The translations under genes and the position numbers were made by a program. Of a stretch of 64,000 nt of DNA, positions 37,763-50,974 are shown in pieces. A model generated the notes under the pieces. That model saw only the letters and a program-made list of their open reading frames with translations, did no database searches and was not told where the DNA came from. The stretch spans positions 108,812,001-108,876,000 of the forward strand of contig NC_086108.1 of the NCBI RefSeq assembly GCF_963921235.1. The letters run 5' to 3'. The stretch comes from Mobula hypostoma (lineage: Eukaryota). Every line of letters starts with the position of its first letter. Position 1 is the stretch's first letter.

Positions 37763-38629
37763 TAACTATCTATCTATCTATCTCTCTCTCTCACCTCAAT
37801 TTGCCTATTACTGGCCAGCTCTTGCTGCACCCCCTCTCCCAACCTGTTTATCCAGGCTATCTCCTTCTGAATCTCAGTCGAGATGAAGAGTCCACTGTCC
37901 ATTTGCTTCCTGCCTGACCATTTGATTTCCTCTAGCATTTTGTGTGCTGCTCTGTAAATGCTTTGCTGATAGAGAGCCACACTCTCGCAGATTTTAAACG
38001 AAACACAAACTGAGATGCTGCCTGAATGGACCGCATGCAAAGAACACTGCAACCAAATATTTGACGAAAGTGGGAAGATCTTCTTGTTCAATATTAATCT
38101 GTCGATTAACATTATTAAGAGAGGTTCCTGGCTTTGGGAGTTTGCTGAGAGTAAATTTATTGCCTAGTTTTAAATATAATAAAAACATGTTCCAAAAGCC
38201 GTATGAAAGAATTTGTTGGAGGAACTCAGCAGATTGAGCGGTGCAGAGTACAGAAGCATATAGTACAAGAACAGGACCTTCAGCCCATGAGATTTTGCTG
38301 AACTAATTAGTCCAATAATTAAATGCCTCACTAAACTAATCCTTTCTGTCCACCGAATGTCCCTATCCCTCCATTCCTTAAGCATTCATGTATCTACCAA
38401 AAACCTCTTAAACTCCTCTAATGTCTTTGCATCCATTCCCACCCCAGGCAGCCAATTCCAGGCACCCACCACTCTCTGTGTAAAAATCTTGCCCTGTTCT
38501 TAGATAGGCACATGAACAATAGGAAAATGGAGGCTAGGTGGGAGTGAAGGGTTAGGTAGATGTTAGAGTAGGTTAACACAACATCATGTGCTACACTGTG
38601 CTGTAATGATCTACATTCTATGTTCTCAT

Positions 38630-39880
38630 CATCATCTTCAACATTGTGTGCCGTGTTGTAAGATGTAGATGATCATAATCTCCATGTCAATGATTTGGAT
38701 GATAGAATTGATGGCTTTATTGCAAAGTTTGCAGACCATATGAAGGTAAGTGGAGTGGCAGGTAGTTTTGAGGAAGTAGAGAGGCTACAGAAGGACCTAG
38801 ACAGATTAGGAGAATGAGCAAAGAAATGGCGGATGGAATACAGTGCCGGGAAGTGTATGGTCATGCACTTTGGTCAAAGAAATGAAAGGGTTGATTATTT
38901 TCTAAATGAAGATAAAGCACGAAAAACTGAGGCACAAGGGGGCTTGGGAATCCTTGTGCAGGATTCCCTAAAGATTAATTTGCAGGTTGAGTTTGTGGTG
39001 AGAAAGGCAAATACAATGTTAGCATTCTGTTGTTAGCAGGTTTGGGCACTTATCTTAGAAAGGGTGTGCTGAAACTGGAGAGGGCTCGAAGGAGGTTCAC
39101 AAAAATGATTCCAGGATGCAATGGCTTGTTATATGAAAAAAGCCTGATGGCTCTGGGCCTGTATTCACTATAATTCAGAGGAATGAGTGGTGACATCATT
39201 GAAACCTATTGAATGGTGAAAAGCCTTGGTAGAGTGGATGTGGAGAGGATATTTCCTATGGTGGGAGAGTCTAAGACCAGAGAACTCAGCCTCAGAATAG
39301 AGGGGTGTTCTTTTAGAATGGAGATGAGGAGGAACTTCTTTATCCAGAGGGTGGTAAATCTATGGAATTCTTTGCCACAGGTAGCTGTGGAGGCCAAGTC
39401 TTTTATGTATACTTAAGGCAGAGGTTGACAGATACTTGATTTGTCAGGACATGATGGGATACGGGAAAAGGAAAGAGATTGGGGTTGAGATGAAAATTGG
39501 ATCAGCCATCATGAAATAGCAGAGCAAACTCAATGGACCAAATAGCCTAATTCTGCTCCTATATCTTACGGTCTTATGACTGTTCTTGGCAAATATTTCT
39601 ACAGAAGTGGTTTACCATTGCCGTCTTCTGGGCAGTGTCATTACAAGACGGGTGACCCCAGCCATTAGCAATACTCTTCAGAGGTTGTCTGCCTGGTGTA
39701 AGAGATCGCATAACCAGGACTTGAGATATGCACCAGCTGCTTCCATAGCTTCACTTGATGTTGATTGGAGGGGATGCTAAGCAGGTGCTACACCCCACCC
39801 AAGGGTGACCTGCAAGCTAGTGGAGGGAAGAAGCGCCTTACATCTTCTTTGGTAAAGACATACCTCCACCTTCACCCCGC
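38630..39880 (-). mobile_element. RTE-related SINE-like element interrupted by a + strand CR1 fragment (38685-39577)
   Basis: 39578-39880 and 38630-38680 match the 17515 family. The insert encodes degenerate CR1 RT (KFADHMK...VVRKANTML...FFIQRVVNLWNSLP). Confidence 0.75.
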
Positions 39881-39935
39881 CATTGTTGTGTCTCCTATGT
39901 TCTAACAAGAACTCAAAGAGTGGTATACCTTTTCA

Positions 39936-41462
39936 TACACTCACTTACCCTCTGTACCTAATAAAGTGGCCATTGAGTCTATGCTTGTGGTCCATCCATT
40001 TCAATGTTCTGAGTATTGTGTGTTCAGAGAAGCTCTTCCGCATACCACTGTTGTAACTGTTGTAATTACTTACACAAAACTGGAGGAACGCAGCAGGTCA
40101 GGCAGCATCTGTGGAAATGAATAAGCAATCAACATTTCAGACCAAGTCCCTTCTTCAGGACTGCGAAGGAAAGGGGAAGATGCCAGAATAAAAATGTGCG
40201 GGAAGGGGAAGAAGGCTAGCTAGAAGGTGATAGGTGAAGCCGTGTGGGTGAGAAAGGTCAAGGGCTGGAGAAGAGGGAATCTGATAGGAGTGGAGAGTGG
40301 ACTATAGGAGAAAGGAAAGGAGGAGGGGACCCAGTGTGGGAAGTGATAGGCAGCTGAGAAGAAGTAGAAGGTTAGTGGGGGGGGGGGGATTTTGTTACCG
40401 GAAGCAGAAATCAGTATTCATGACATCATATTGGAGGATACCTAAACAGAATATAAGATGTTGCTCTTCCACCTTGAGGGTGGCCTTGTCTTGTCACAAG
40501 AGGAGGACATGGACTAACATTTTGGAATGGGAAGAGGAATCGAAATTAAAATGTTTGACCACCGGGAAGTTCCATTTTTAGCGGATGGAGTGGAAGCACT
40601 TGACAAAGCGGTCCCCTAATTTATGACAGGTCTCACTAGTGTAAAGGGGGCCACATCGGGAGCACCAGACACAATAGATGACCCCAGCAGATTCACAGGT
40701 GATGTGTTGCCTCACCTAGTAGGACTGTTTGGGGCCAGAAAGGAGGTGAGGGAGGAGGTGTAAAGGCAGGTATAGCACTTAGTTCACCTGCAGGGATAAG
40801 TGCCAGGATGGACGTTAGTGGTGAGAGTCAAATGGATAAGGAAATCGCGGTGGTGGGGGGGAGATTCCTACGGAAAGTGGAGTGGGGAGGGGGAAGGTAA
40901 AGATATGTTTAGTACTGGGATCCCTTTGGAGACGGCAGAAGTTGTAGAGGTAATGTGTTGAATGCAGATTCTGATGGGGTGGTAGATAAGGCAAAAGGAA
41001 CGGCCATTGTTAAGTTGGTGGGAAGATAGGTTGAGTGGGGATGTTCAGGAAATGGAGGAGATGCAGGTGAGTTACTGCTGCCTTCCTGTCAGCTTAAACC
41101 AGTCTGGCCATTCCCCTCTGATCTCTCTCATTAACAAGGCATTGTCACCCACAGAACTGCCACTCTCTGGTTTTGTTCAGTTTTTTGCACATTCTCTGTA
41201 AACTCTAGAGGCTGATTAGCATGAACATCCCTGGAGTTCAGCAGTTTCTGAGATACCCATACCACCCTGTCTGGTGCCACAGCCAAAGACACTTCGACCA
41301 CATTTCTTTCCCATTCTGATGTTCGGTCTGAACAACAACTGAACCTCTTGACCATGTCTGCATGCTTTGTACATTAAGTTGCTGCTACCTGATTGGCTGA
41401 TTAGATATTTGCATTAATAAGCATTAGGAAACATGTACCTAATAAAGTGGCCACTGAGTATA
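39936..41462. mobile_element. Tc1-type non-autonomous element interrupted by a Penelope-like fragment (40070-41068, minus strand)
   Basis: CCTAATAAAGTGGCCACTGAG TIR sequences. The host resumes at 41068. The insert is homologous to 57700-58730. Confidence 0.65.
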
Positions 41463-43220
41463 TGCTCTCTTTCATTGGTAAGGCTAGCATTTAATGACAA
41501 ACATCAGTTCCTCTTAAACCAGATGGTTAATCCACCTGCATGTAGTGTAATAGTTCATGTACCACTTTACAGCGTCCACAATTAGTGATCCGGATTCAAT
41601 TCCTGTCACTGTCCGAAAAGAGTTTGTACCTGCTCCCCATGACTGTGTGGGTTTCCTCTGTATGGTCTCATTTCCTCCCACATTCCAAAAATGTATGGCT
41701 TCGGGTTAGTAAGTTGTGGGCCTGCTATGTTTTCGCCAGAAATGTGGCGATTTTTGTGGGCCGCCCCCAGCACATCCTCGGACTGCGTTGGTCACTGATG
41801 CAAATTACATATTTCACTGTGCGTTTCGATATACGTGTGACAAATAAAGCTGATCTTTATTTCATACTCAACCACACTGGAAGACTGAAGGCTTCCTCCC
41901 TTAAGGACATTCATGAAACAGATGGACTTTTACAACAATCCAGTAATTTTGTGCCTTCTATTACAGATGGTTATTTCTTGTTACATTCCAGAATAGTAAT
42001 TGAAATAAAATTCGACAGCTGCCGTAGTGTAATTTAAGCAGGTTGCTAGCCAGTACGTTAACCACCGCACCATCGCCATACAGAGACTGCGGTAAAGATC
42101 TTTGGCATGTTTTTCTGCCAGCCAAAATTCTGTGGTGGACAGGAGGAATGAGGTCAGGTGACTCTGGGTTTCTGAATCAGTGAGATGCGTTTGAGTCCTC
42201 AAGTTCAGGATCCCATCACCAGTGAGTCCAGAGCTTGAGGCCTAATGTTCGGTGATCGGCAGTTCATAGGGTTGATGGTGGGGATCGAGGTCCTCGGATA
42301 ATTGGTCATTGTAAACTGTTCCATGATTAGGCTAGGGTTTCTAAGCGGCATGGCTCAAAGGACAGGAAGGACCCATTCCATGCTGTATCTCAATAAGTAA
42401 ATAAATAAATAACATGATGTCACCTTGTATTAGCCATTTCTACCCTGGATAAAAGTCTCTGGCTGCCCACTGGGTCTATGCCTCTTATCATCTTGTATAC
42501 CTCTATCCATGTTTTGGGCTGAACCACAAATGAGTCGAAATGAAGGGTCTTGTCTCAAAGTGTCACTAATCCATCTCCCTCCAAAAAAACCGCCTGGCCC
42601 GCTGAGTTCCTCCAGCAGTTTGTGTTTACACTGATGGACCAGAATGTTTCCTGTCATTTCATTACCCATATCCTGCAATAAATGAACAAAACAATTCATC
42701 ATATATATTTCTAAAGAGAATATTTGAGAGTGCTTTAATATCTTTTTAATAACTATAACGTTTAATATGTTTGCATTAAAATGTAATTCACTTTTTCGCC
42801 TATTAGGACAAGATGTTGAGCAGAGATGAAAAGCTTTTCTGCCAGTAAGTGATTCGAATTTTAAACAAAATTGCAGGGTTGGCTGGAAATGCACAGAAAA
42901 TGAAATGAAACTGAATATCCACATCTTCTTCAAAGAGAATTAAAATGAAAATTGTAACTAGGTCATAGTGAAATTAATTTTAATAATTCATCATACTTAT
43001 CATATTTCAGTGCAAGAAGTGGCTCCTCCTTAAAAATTGCTCAATTTAACAGGAGTTCTGTGAAGTAATGCAACTTCCATGATTGGAGGAATAATGACAG
43101 AGATTCAATATAATAGTAACAGCGGCAGCCTCCTTACCGATAGAACTTCACTAGAATTGGACCAATAGCAGTGCACGGTCACTTCATGACCAATCACATT
43201 GCATGGCACCATCAAAACAG

Positions 43221-43400
43221 CACCAATCACATTGCTCAGTGACAATGAGGGTACCAATAATATTCCAGCACAATATCCTCCACCAATAGGATTGCTCAGC
43301 GCCAATGAGGACACCAACGGTATACCACCACAATATCCTTCACCAATACTAATGCTTAGCAACAATGAGGGCACCAATGTAATTTCACCATACTATCTCA
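43221..43400. repeat. Three diverged 60-bp tandem units rich in CCAAT
   Basis: Units start with CACCAAT at 43221, 43281 and 43341. Confidence 0.85.
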
Positions 43401-43436
43401 CACTCATAGCAATGCCCAATAGCAATGTCTCTAGCT

Positions 43437-43516
43437 CAGTGGTTCCCAACCCTTGTTGTGCCATGGATTAATACCATTAAGCAAGGGGTCAGCGGGCCCG
43501 AGGATGGGAAACCTTG
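43437..43516. mobile_element. 80-bp hAT (Charlie-type) MITE
   Basis: CAGTGGTTCCCAACC...GGATGGGAAACCTTG ends; imperfect 8-bp TSD CTCTAGCT/CTCTAGAC. Confidence 0.65.
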
Positions 43517-43849
43517 CTCTAGACGGATGAACAGAGACGTGAGGGAATAATTGAAGACCAAATGAGAAGTATATAGGGTGCATGGGAAGCAGATGTGTAT
43601 GTGCAAATGGGAGAATATGATGTGATAAGGAGAGAACCAAAAATTAGCAAGGCAGAGGACACAAAAGAGACTGCATGTACTAGCAATCAGGATCAGCACA
43701 CACAAAATGCTGAAGGAACTCAGCATTTCAGGCAGCATCTATGGAAGGAAATGGGCAGTCAATGTATCATGTTCAGACTCTCCAGCAGCAAGGTCGAGTT
43801 CAACTGGAGAATTAAAACATCAAACATCGAACAGTATAGTGTAACATAA

Positions 43850-44303
43850 TAGTCGTAGTGTGATCACTTGAGTCAATAAGTGGTTGTATATTTGTGGGCC
43901 CTCAAGTGGCTGGAGAAGCCAGTCTAGGATCGACATATTCTGGTGCAGTGTGGCAAGAGTAAGTGGCGACTGTGGTTCGAGGCTGGGACTTTTACTCGTT
44001 CAGTCTCTCCTTACACAGCTGCCGCTTGTTCTCTGCGGCACAGGAAAGGTCGTCCTCATGTAGCACAGCTCCCTATTGAACAGATTTCCTCCAGATGTAT
44101 GTATTGAATGCAACGTCTTTCCAGTTTTTAGATGTAATGTAGAATTTCTTCAGGCTGATTTTGATGTTATCTTTGAAGAATTTCCTTTGCCCACCGGGGG
44201 CTCTCTGACATTCCTTCAACTGGGAGTAAAGGATCTGTCTAGGGAGACGTGATTTAGGCATCCAGATGATATAACCCGTCCATCGGAGTTGGTGTTGCTT
44301 TAT
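43850..44303 (-). mobile_element. RTE LINE 3' fragment (continues at ~46270-46390 beyond the CR1)
   Basis: QLRWTGYI..MPKSRLPRQILYSQL...RAPGGQRK.FKD. Confidence 0.75.
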
Positions 44304-44304
44304 C

Positions 44305-46268
44305 CATAGAACCATAGAAACCATAGAACCATAGAAACTACAGCACAGAAACAGGCCTTTTGGCCCTTCTTGGCTGTGCCGAACCATTTTCTGCCTAGTC
44401 CCACTGACCTGCACATGGACCATATCCCTCCATACACCTCCCATCCATGTATCTGTCCAATTTATTCTTAAATGTTAAAAAAGAACCCGCATTTACCACC
44501 TCGTCTGGCAGCTCATTCCATACTCCCACCACTCTCTGTGTGAAGAAGCCCCCCCTAATGTTCCCTTTAAACTTTTCCCCCCTCACCCTTAACCCATGTC
44601 CTCTGGTTTTTTTCTCCCCTTGACTCAGTGGAAAAAGCCTGCTTGCATTCATTCTATCTATACCCATCATAATTTTATATACCTCTATCAAATCTCCCCT
44701 CATTCTTCTACGCTTCAGGGAATAAAGTCCTAACCTATTCAACCTTTCTCTGTAACTGAGTTTCTCAAGTCCCGGCAACATCCTTGTAAACCTTCTCTGC
44801 ACTCTTTCAAACTTATTTATATCCTTCCTGTAATTTGGTGACCAAAACTGAACACAATACTCCAGATTCGGCCTCACCAATGCCTTATACAACCTCATCA
44901 TAACATTCCAGCTCTTATACTCAATATTTTGATTAATAAAGGCCAATGTACCAAAAGCTCTCTTTACAACCCTATCTACCTGTGATGCCACTTTTAGGGA
45001 ATTTTGTATCTGTATTCCCAGATCCCTCTGTTCCACTGCACTCCTCAGTGCCTTACCATTAACCCTGTATGTTCTATGTTGGTTTGTTCTTCCAACGTGC
45101 AAAACCTCACACTTGTCAGTATTAAACTCCATCTGCCATTTTTCAGCCCATTTTTCCAACTGGTCCAAGTCCCTCTGCAAGCTCTGAAAACCTTCCTCAC
45201 AGTCTACTACACCTCCAATCTTTGTATCATCAGCAAACTTGCTGATCCAATTTACCACATTGTCATCCAGATCATTGATATAGATGACAAATAACAATGG
45301 ACCCAGCACTGATCCCTGTGGCACACCACTAGTCACAGGCCTCCACTCAGAGAAGCTTCTTCCATCAAGCCAATGTCTAATCCAATTTACTACCTCTCCA
45401 TGTATACCTAGCGACTGAATTTTCCTAACTAACCTCCCATGCGGGACCTTGTCAAAGGCCTTACTGAAGTCCATGTAGACAATATCCACTGCCTTCCCTT
45501 CATCCACTTTCCTGGTAACCTCCTCGAAAAACTCCAACAGATTGGTCAAACATGTCCTACCACGCACAAAGCCATGTTGACTCTCCCTAATAAGCCCCTG
45601 TCTATCCAAATGCTTGTAGATTCTGTCTCTTAGTACTCCCTCCAATAACTTACCTACTACTGACGTTAAACTCACCGGCCTATAATTTCCCGTATTACTT
45701 TTCGATCCTTTTTTAAACAACGGAACAGCATGAGCCACTCTCCAATCCTCCGGCACTTCACCCGTAGACAGCGACATTTTAAATATTTCTGCCAGGGCCC
45801 CCGCAATTTCAACACTAGTCTCCTTCAAGGTCCGAGGGAACACTCTGTCAGGTCCTGGGGATTTATCCACTTTAATTTTCCTCAAGACAGCAAGCACCTC
45901 CTCCTTTTCAATCCGTACAGATTCCATGGTCTCACTACTTGATTCCCTCAATTCCATAGATTTCATGCCAGCTTCTTTAGTAAATACAGACGCAAAAAAC
46001 CTATTTAAGATCTCCCCCATTTCCTTTGATTCCGCACAAAGCCGACCACTCTGATCTTCAAGAGGACCAATTTTATCCCTTACAATCCTTTTGCTCTTAA
46101 TATACTTGTAAAAGCTCTTTGGATTATCCTTCACTTTGACTGCCAAGGCAACCTCATGTCTTCTTTTAGCCCTCCTGATTTCTTTCTTAAGTATTTTCTT
46201 GCACTTCTTATACTCCTCAAGCACCTGATTTACCCCCTGTTTCCTATACATTTCATACAACTCCCTCT
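44305..46268 (-). mobile_element. Young 5'-truncated CR1 LINE
   Basis: Long open RT frame; (TTCTATGG)n tail. Confidence 0.95.
44395..46260 (-). CDS. CR1 ORF2 RT region (621 aa open, with a small in-frame deletion)
   Basis: NPKSFYKY, KSPGPD, NYRPVSLTS, QHGF, DFSKAFDKV, GVPQGSVLGP, FADDTK. Confidence 0.85.
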   Translation of the reverse strand: MYEMYRKQGVNQVLEEYKKCKKILKKEIRRAKRRHEVALAVKVKDNPKSFYKYIKSKRIVRDKIGPLEDQSGRLCAESKEMGEILNRFFASVFTKEAGMKSMELRESSSETMESVRIEKEEVLAVLRKIKVDKSPGPDRVFPRTLKETSVEIAGALAEIFKMSLSTGEVPEDWRVAHAVPLFKKGSKSNTGNYRPVSLTSVVGKLLEGVLRDRIYKHLDRQGLIRESQHGFVRGRTCLTNLLEFFEEVTRKVDEGKAVDIVYMDFSKAFDKVPHGRLVRKIQSLGIHGEVVNWIRHWLDGRSFSEWRPVTSGVPQGSVLGPLLFVIYINDLDDNVVNWISKFADDTKIGGVVDCEEGFQSLQRDLDQLEKWAEKWQMEFNTDKCEVLHVGRTNQHRTYRVNGKALRSAVEQRDLGIQIQNSLKVASQVDRVVKRAFGTLAFINQNIEYKSWNVMMRLYKALVRPNLEYCVQFWSPNYRKDINKFERVQRRFTRMLPGLEKLSYRERLNRLGLYSLKRRRMRGDLIEVYKIMMGIDRMNASRLFPLSQGEKKTRGHGLRVRGEKFKGNIRGGFFTQRVVGVWNELPDEVVNAGSFLTFKNKLDRYMDGRCMEGYGPCAGQWD

Positions 46269-46399
46269 TATCATAGTGGAAATGCTGCTCATGTTGGCTC
46301 CTCTAGTATGCTGATGTTAGTGTGTCTCAAAATCTTTTGTAAAGATCTTTGATGGCATTACCTTCAAAGTACAACGTAGTACAGGCCTTTCTCTCCTAC

Positions 46400-46775
46400 A
46401 TCATCATCATCATCTGCCATGTCATATGAGGTGGAGGATCATGGTCGTTCCATGACCATGATTGTTCTTGGTAGATTTTTCTACAGAAGTAGTTTGCTAT
46501 TGCTTTTTTTCTGGGCAGTGTCTTTAAAAGGTGGGTGATTCCAACCACTATCAATACTCTTCAGAGATTGTCTGCCTGGTGACAGTGGTCGAATATCCAG
46601 GACTTGTGATATGCACCAGCTGCTCATTCAACCATTCACCACCTGTTCCAATGGTTCACATGATCCCGATCGGTGGGGGCGGGGGGTGTGCTAGGCAGGT
46701 GCAATACCTTGCCCAACAGTGACCTGCAGACTAGCCTTACACCTCCTTTGGTAGAGATGTATCTCCACCCTGCCA
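46400..46775 (-). mobile_element. RTE-related non-autonomous/SINE-like element
   Basis: Reverse-complement copy of 17515-17895 with a (CAT)n end. Confidence 0.7.
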
Positions 46776-47529
46776 CACATCCCTCCCACATAGCCCCCCA
46801 TTGTTCTATCATCCATGTGCCTAAGAGTCTCCTAAATGTCCCTCAAGTATCTGCCTCTACCACCATTTATCACAGAGCATTCCAGAGACCTACCTTTTTC
46901 TGAGAAAAAAAACTTACCTCTGATATTCCATCAATCCTCCAATCACCTTAAAATTATGCACCCTCGTATTAGGAATTGAGGGAACAAAGCATTAAAAAGA
47001 AATTACAGATACATTGAGTAATAAAATGTTGGAAAGTGAATTAAGAGCAGATTGGATAATGATAGGCAGATGGCAGAAATATTATATCATCACCATCTAT
47101 TAGGGAGATGAAACAGGTGGGCTTGATATTGGGTAAATTGATGAAAAACAAGGTAAAGCGAGGGTAAAATAAACATATTAGATTTTTTCATCAAATTAAC
47201 CAAACTCCAGAAGCATGAGATCTCTGGTCCAGATGGACTGAGTCCACAGGTATACAGGTAAACACAATGCAAGAAATCAAAAAGAACCCAATTAAAGAAA
47301 AACAATTAAAAGACCAACACCCAATGTGCAAGAGAAAAAGGGGGAATAAACAAATAATATAAACAATTGAAGTGAACAATAATGTTTCAAACCAAATTGA
47401 GTCCTCAGATACAAACCCTGGAGCAGCCCAGAGGAGGCCCAAAGCCTTGCTTCTCAGTTCACCATATTAGCAAGCATGGAACATGGCAATCAGGGCAGTC
47501 TCAGCATCATGGAGACAGGAGTGAACATC

Positions 47530-48965
47530 ACCTTTCTGCAGGTAGATGACCAAAATTGCACACAATATTCCAAATTAGGCCTCACAAAAGTCCTATACAA
47601 CTTCAACACAACATCCCGTCTTTTGTACTCCATACATTGATTTATGAAGGCCAATGTGCAGAAAAGCTTTCTTTACGACCCTATTTACCTGTAATGCCAC
47701 TTTCAACAAATTATGTACCTGTAATCCCAGATCCTTTTGTTCTACCACACTCCTCAGTGCCTTACCGTTCACTGTGTAAGATCTACACTGCCTAGGTTTG
47801 TCCTATCAAAGTGCAAAACCTTGCACTTTTCTGCATTAAATTCCATCTGCCATTTTTCAGCCCATCTTTCCAGCTAGTCCAGATCCCTCTGCAAGCCATG
47901 ATGGCTTTCCTCACTGCCCATTACACCTCCAATCTTGGTGTCATCCTCAAATTTGCTGATCCAGTTAACCATATTATCATCCAGATTGTTGATATTAGAT
48001 GACAAACAATGGACCCAGCACTGATCCCAGCAGTACACCATTCATCACATGTCTCCAGCCAGAGAGGCAACCGTCTACCACCACTCTCTGGCTTCTCCCA
48101 CAAAGCCAATGTCTAATCCAAATTACTACTTCATCCTGAATGTTGAGTGACTGAACTTTCTTGACCAGTCTCCTATGCATGAATTTGTCAAGTGCCTTAC
48201 TAATATCGATGTAGAGAACATCCACGGCCTTGCCTTCATCCTCTTCCCTCAAAAAACTCTTTAAGATTGGTTAGACATGACCTACCACACACAAAGCCAT
48301 GCTGACTATCCTTAATCAGTCTATGTCTATCCAAATACTTATACATCTAGTCCCTCAGAATATTAGAATACCTTGCAATAATTTTCTCTCAAAGTGGTGG
48401 GTGCGTAGATTGCACTGCCAGTGAAGGTGGTAGAGGCAGATACAATAGGGTCTTTTAAGGGCCTCTTAGATTGGTACATGAAGCTTAGAAAAATAGAGGG
48501 CTATGTGGTAGGGAAATTCTAAGCAGTTTCTAGAGTAGGTCACATGGTTGGCACAACATTATGGGCTGAAAGGCCTGTAATGTGCTGTAGATTTCTATGT
48601 TTCTATGATGAAAGACTCACTGTCCTATGATTTCCTGGTTTCTGTTTAGAACCTTTTTTTTAAACAGTGGAACAACATTGGTTATCCTCCAGTCCTCTGG
48701 TAACTCTCCTGTCACTAAGGATGTTTTAAATGTCTCTGTTAGGATCCTGGTAATTTCTGCACTTGCCTCCCATAGGGTCTGAGGGAACACCTTGTCAAAC
48801 CCTGGGGATTTATCCACCCTGATTTGCCTCAAGGTAGCAAACACCTCCTCCTCTGTAATCTGTACAGGGTCCATGAAGTTAATACTGTACCATGTTGCCT
48901 CACTTCTATAGACTCTGTAGCCATCTCCCGAGTAAATGCAGTTGCAAAGAATGCATTTAAGATTG
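47530..48965 (-). mobile_element. Degenerate CR1 RT fragment with a + strand CR1 tail inserted at ~48385-48605
   Basis: DEGKAVDVLYID.SKA.DK...GSVLGPLFVI; VDKSPG.DKVFP. Confidence 0.8.
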
Positions 48966-49184
48966 CATGACCTGGGTGTTGGAAGTCCCTGATGATGGTG
49001 CTGCTTTATTCTGGCAGCAATTCTATGCAAATACACTCCATGCTGGGGAGTGCCTTTCCTGTGATGGTCTGGGCTGTATCGACCATTTTCTGTAGACTTT
49101 TCCATTCCTGGGCATTGATATTTCCATAGCAGGCTGTGATGCAACCAGTTAGGATACTCTGTATTGTGCATTATTATAAACATG

Positions 49185-49620
49185 GATTATGACCAAAGAT
49201 AAAATGGCTGACTTGTCCAACACTATAGTGTTTATTCGGTGTGTCAAAAATTAAACCTACAAAAGTTAGTGAAAATTAGTGAAAAGAAAACTGACAACAT
49301 TTACAAAATAATACCTACAAGCATATGCAATAATATATTCGTACTTATTCTTGTCCAATGCGAACTTCTAGCAGCCCCTATCTCTCTCTCCCCTAATGAG
49401 GGTGAAGAGTTCCTTTTCTTTAGGCACCAGCATATACCACCTTTAATCACCAACAAAGTTAACTTAATACATGAACTAGAATATGATGGAGTTACCCCAC
49501 AATGCAGTTACAAAATTAACACAAGTATCTACCTTAAATACAGGATACAAACAATATGTACACATCCTCATTACTGAAGAAATGGATATTCCGCCATGTA
49601 TGGCAGGAATGGCTGCGTAA
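49185..49620 (-). mobile_element. Possible old solo LTR
   Basis: Non-LINE insert between two parts of a LINE fragment. Ends resemble TTACG.../...CATAA, with AATAAA near the minus-strand 3' end. Terminal TG/CA and a TSD are not clear. Confidence 0.3.
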
Positions 49621-50974
49621 AGCAGCAGCTTCACTTGGGACCCATTTCTAAGAAAATAGCGATGATGTCGCGCCTTCTTTGTGATGACACTTATGTGCTG
49701 GTCCCAGGACAGATCCTGGGATATATTAATTCCATTTAAAGTTTAAATTTAAATTTAAAGTTACTGGCCATCTACACCTCACATTCCCGTAACGAGGACT
49801 GGCTCATGGACCTCCAGCTTCTTCCTCCTGTCGTCGATAGCTCTTTGCTTTTGCTGATGTTGAGCAAGAAACTGCAGAGAGTTGTGGACGCAGCTCAGCC
49901 CTTCACGGAGACCAGCCTCGGTCTACACTTCTCACTGCCTCGGTAAAGCAGCCAGGGTCGTCAAAGATCCCACCCATCCTGGGCATTCTCTCTTCTCCCC
50001 TCTCCTATCGGGCTGAAGATACAAAAGCCTGCAAAGACATACCACCAGGTTGAAGGACGCCTTCTGTCCCACTGTTATCAGACCACTGAACAACAAGATG
50101 GAGTCTTCACTTCACAATCTATCTCATTATAGCCTTGCACCTTATTACCTGCCTGAACCGCGCTTTCTCCGTAAGAGTAGTGCAATCACTTGAGTTGAGT
50201 ATGATGTTCTCCTAAGGGGTTGTCTGTTGGTGGGTCCTCAGCTGGCTGTAGAGGCTGATCTAGGTTCTGTATATTCTAGTTGCCCTGACAAGTACTTACG
50301 AGTACTTAGGTTACTGTATAATAGCAAGTCAGCTACAGTACTGTAATTGTAAACACTTTATTGTACATTCTGTACTGTTTTACTTTGTACTACCTCAGTG
50401 CACAGTTGTGATGACCTGATCTCTATGAACAGTATGTAAGACAAGCTCTTCGCTCTACCTTGGCACTTGTGACAACAATAAACCAATCTGCCAGTTTAAC
50501 CATGCCCCACCCTTCTTAGACCTCCCTCACCTGGTTCCACCTGCCTATTACCCCTCACACCCATCACCCATGAGCCTCTGCCTCCAGATTTCACCCTGTC
50601 TTCTCCCTCCACCTGGCTCCATCTGTCCATCATTCCCCAGCTGACCTGGTTCCACCTATCACCTACCAGCAACCCCCCCATCTCACCCCTCCCACTCACT
50701 CTTTATAATACCCTCTCTCCACTCTCGATGGTGGGAGAGTGCTTGGCCTTGATTTTTTTTTGTGCAGACTAGGCTCTCATGCCACAGGGTTACCCGTTGC
50801 AGCCACCCAGGAGAGACGATGCCAGAGACAGTGCGGTATAGCAAACATCCGTGCTGAGTTGGGAGCTGGCTGCGTTTGTTCATGGCTGACTCAGTGTGAG
50901 AGGCGGAACTGCTGCATCCTTGTTCTTGTAGAAAAGTGGCTCCAGGACAACATCTTGTGCACCATCAGTCTTCA

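Noticed and set aside
37990..38170. Open ~59-codon frame after CTCTCGCAG
   Set aside because: The splice signals are weak and there is no recognisable homology.
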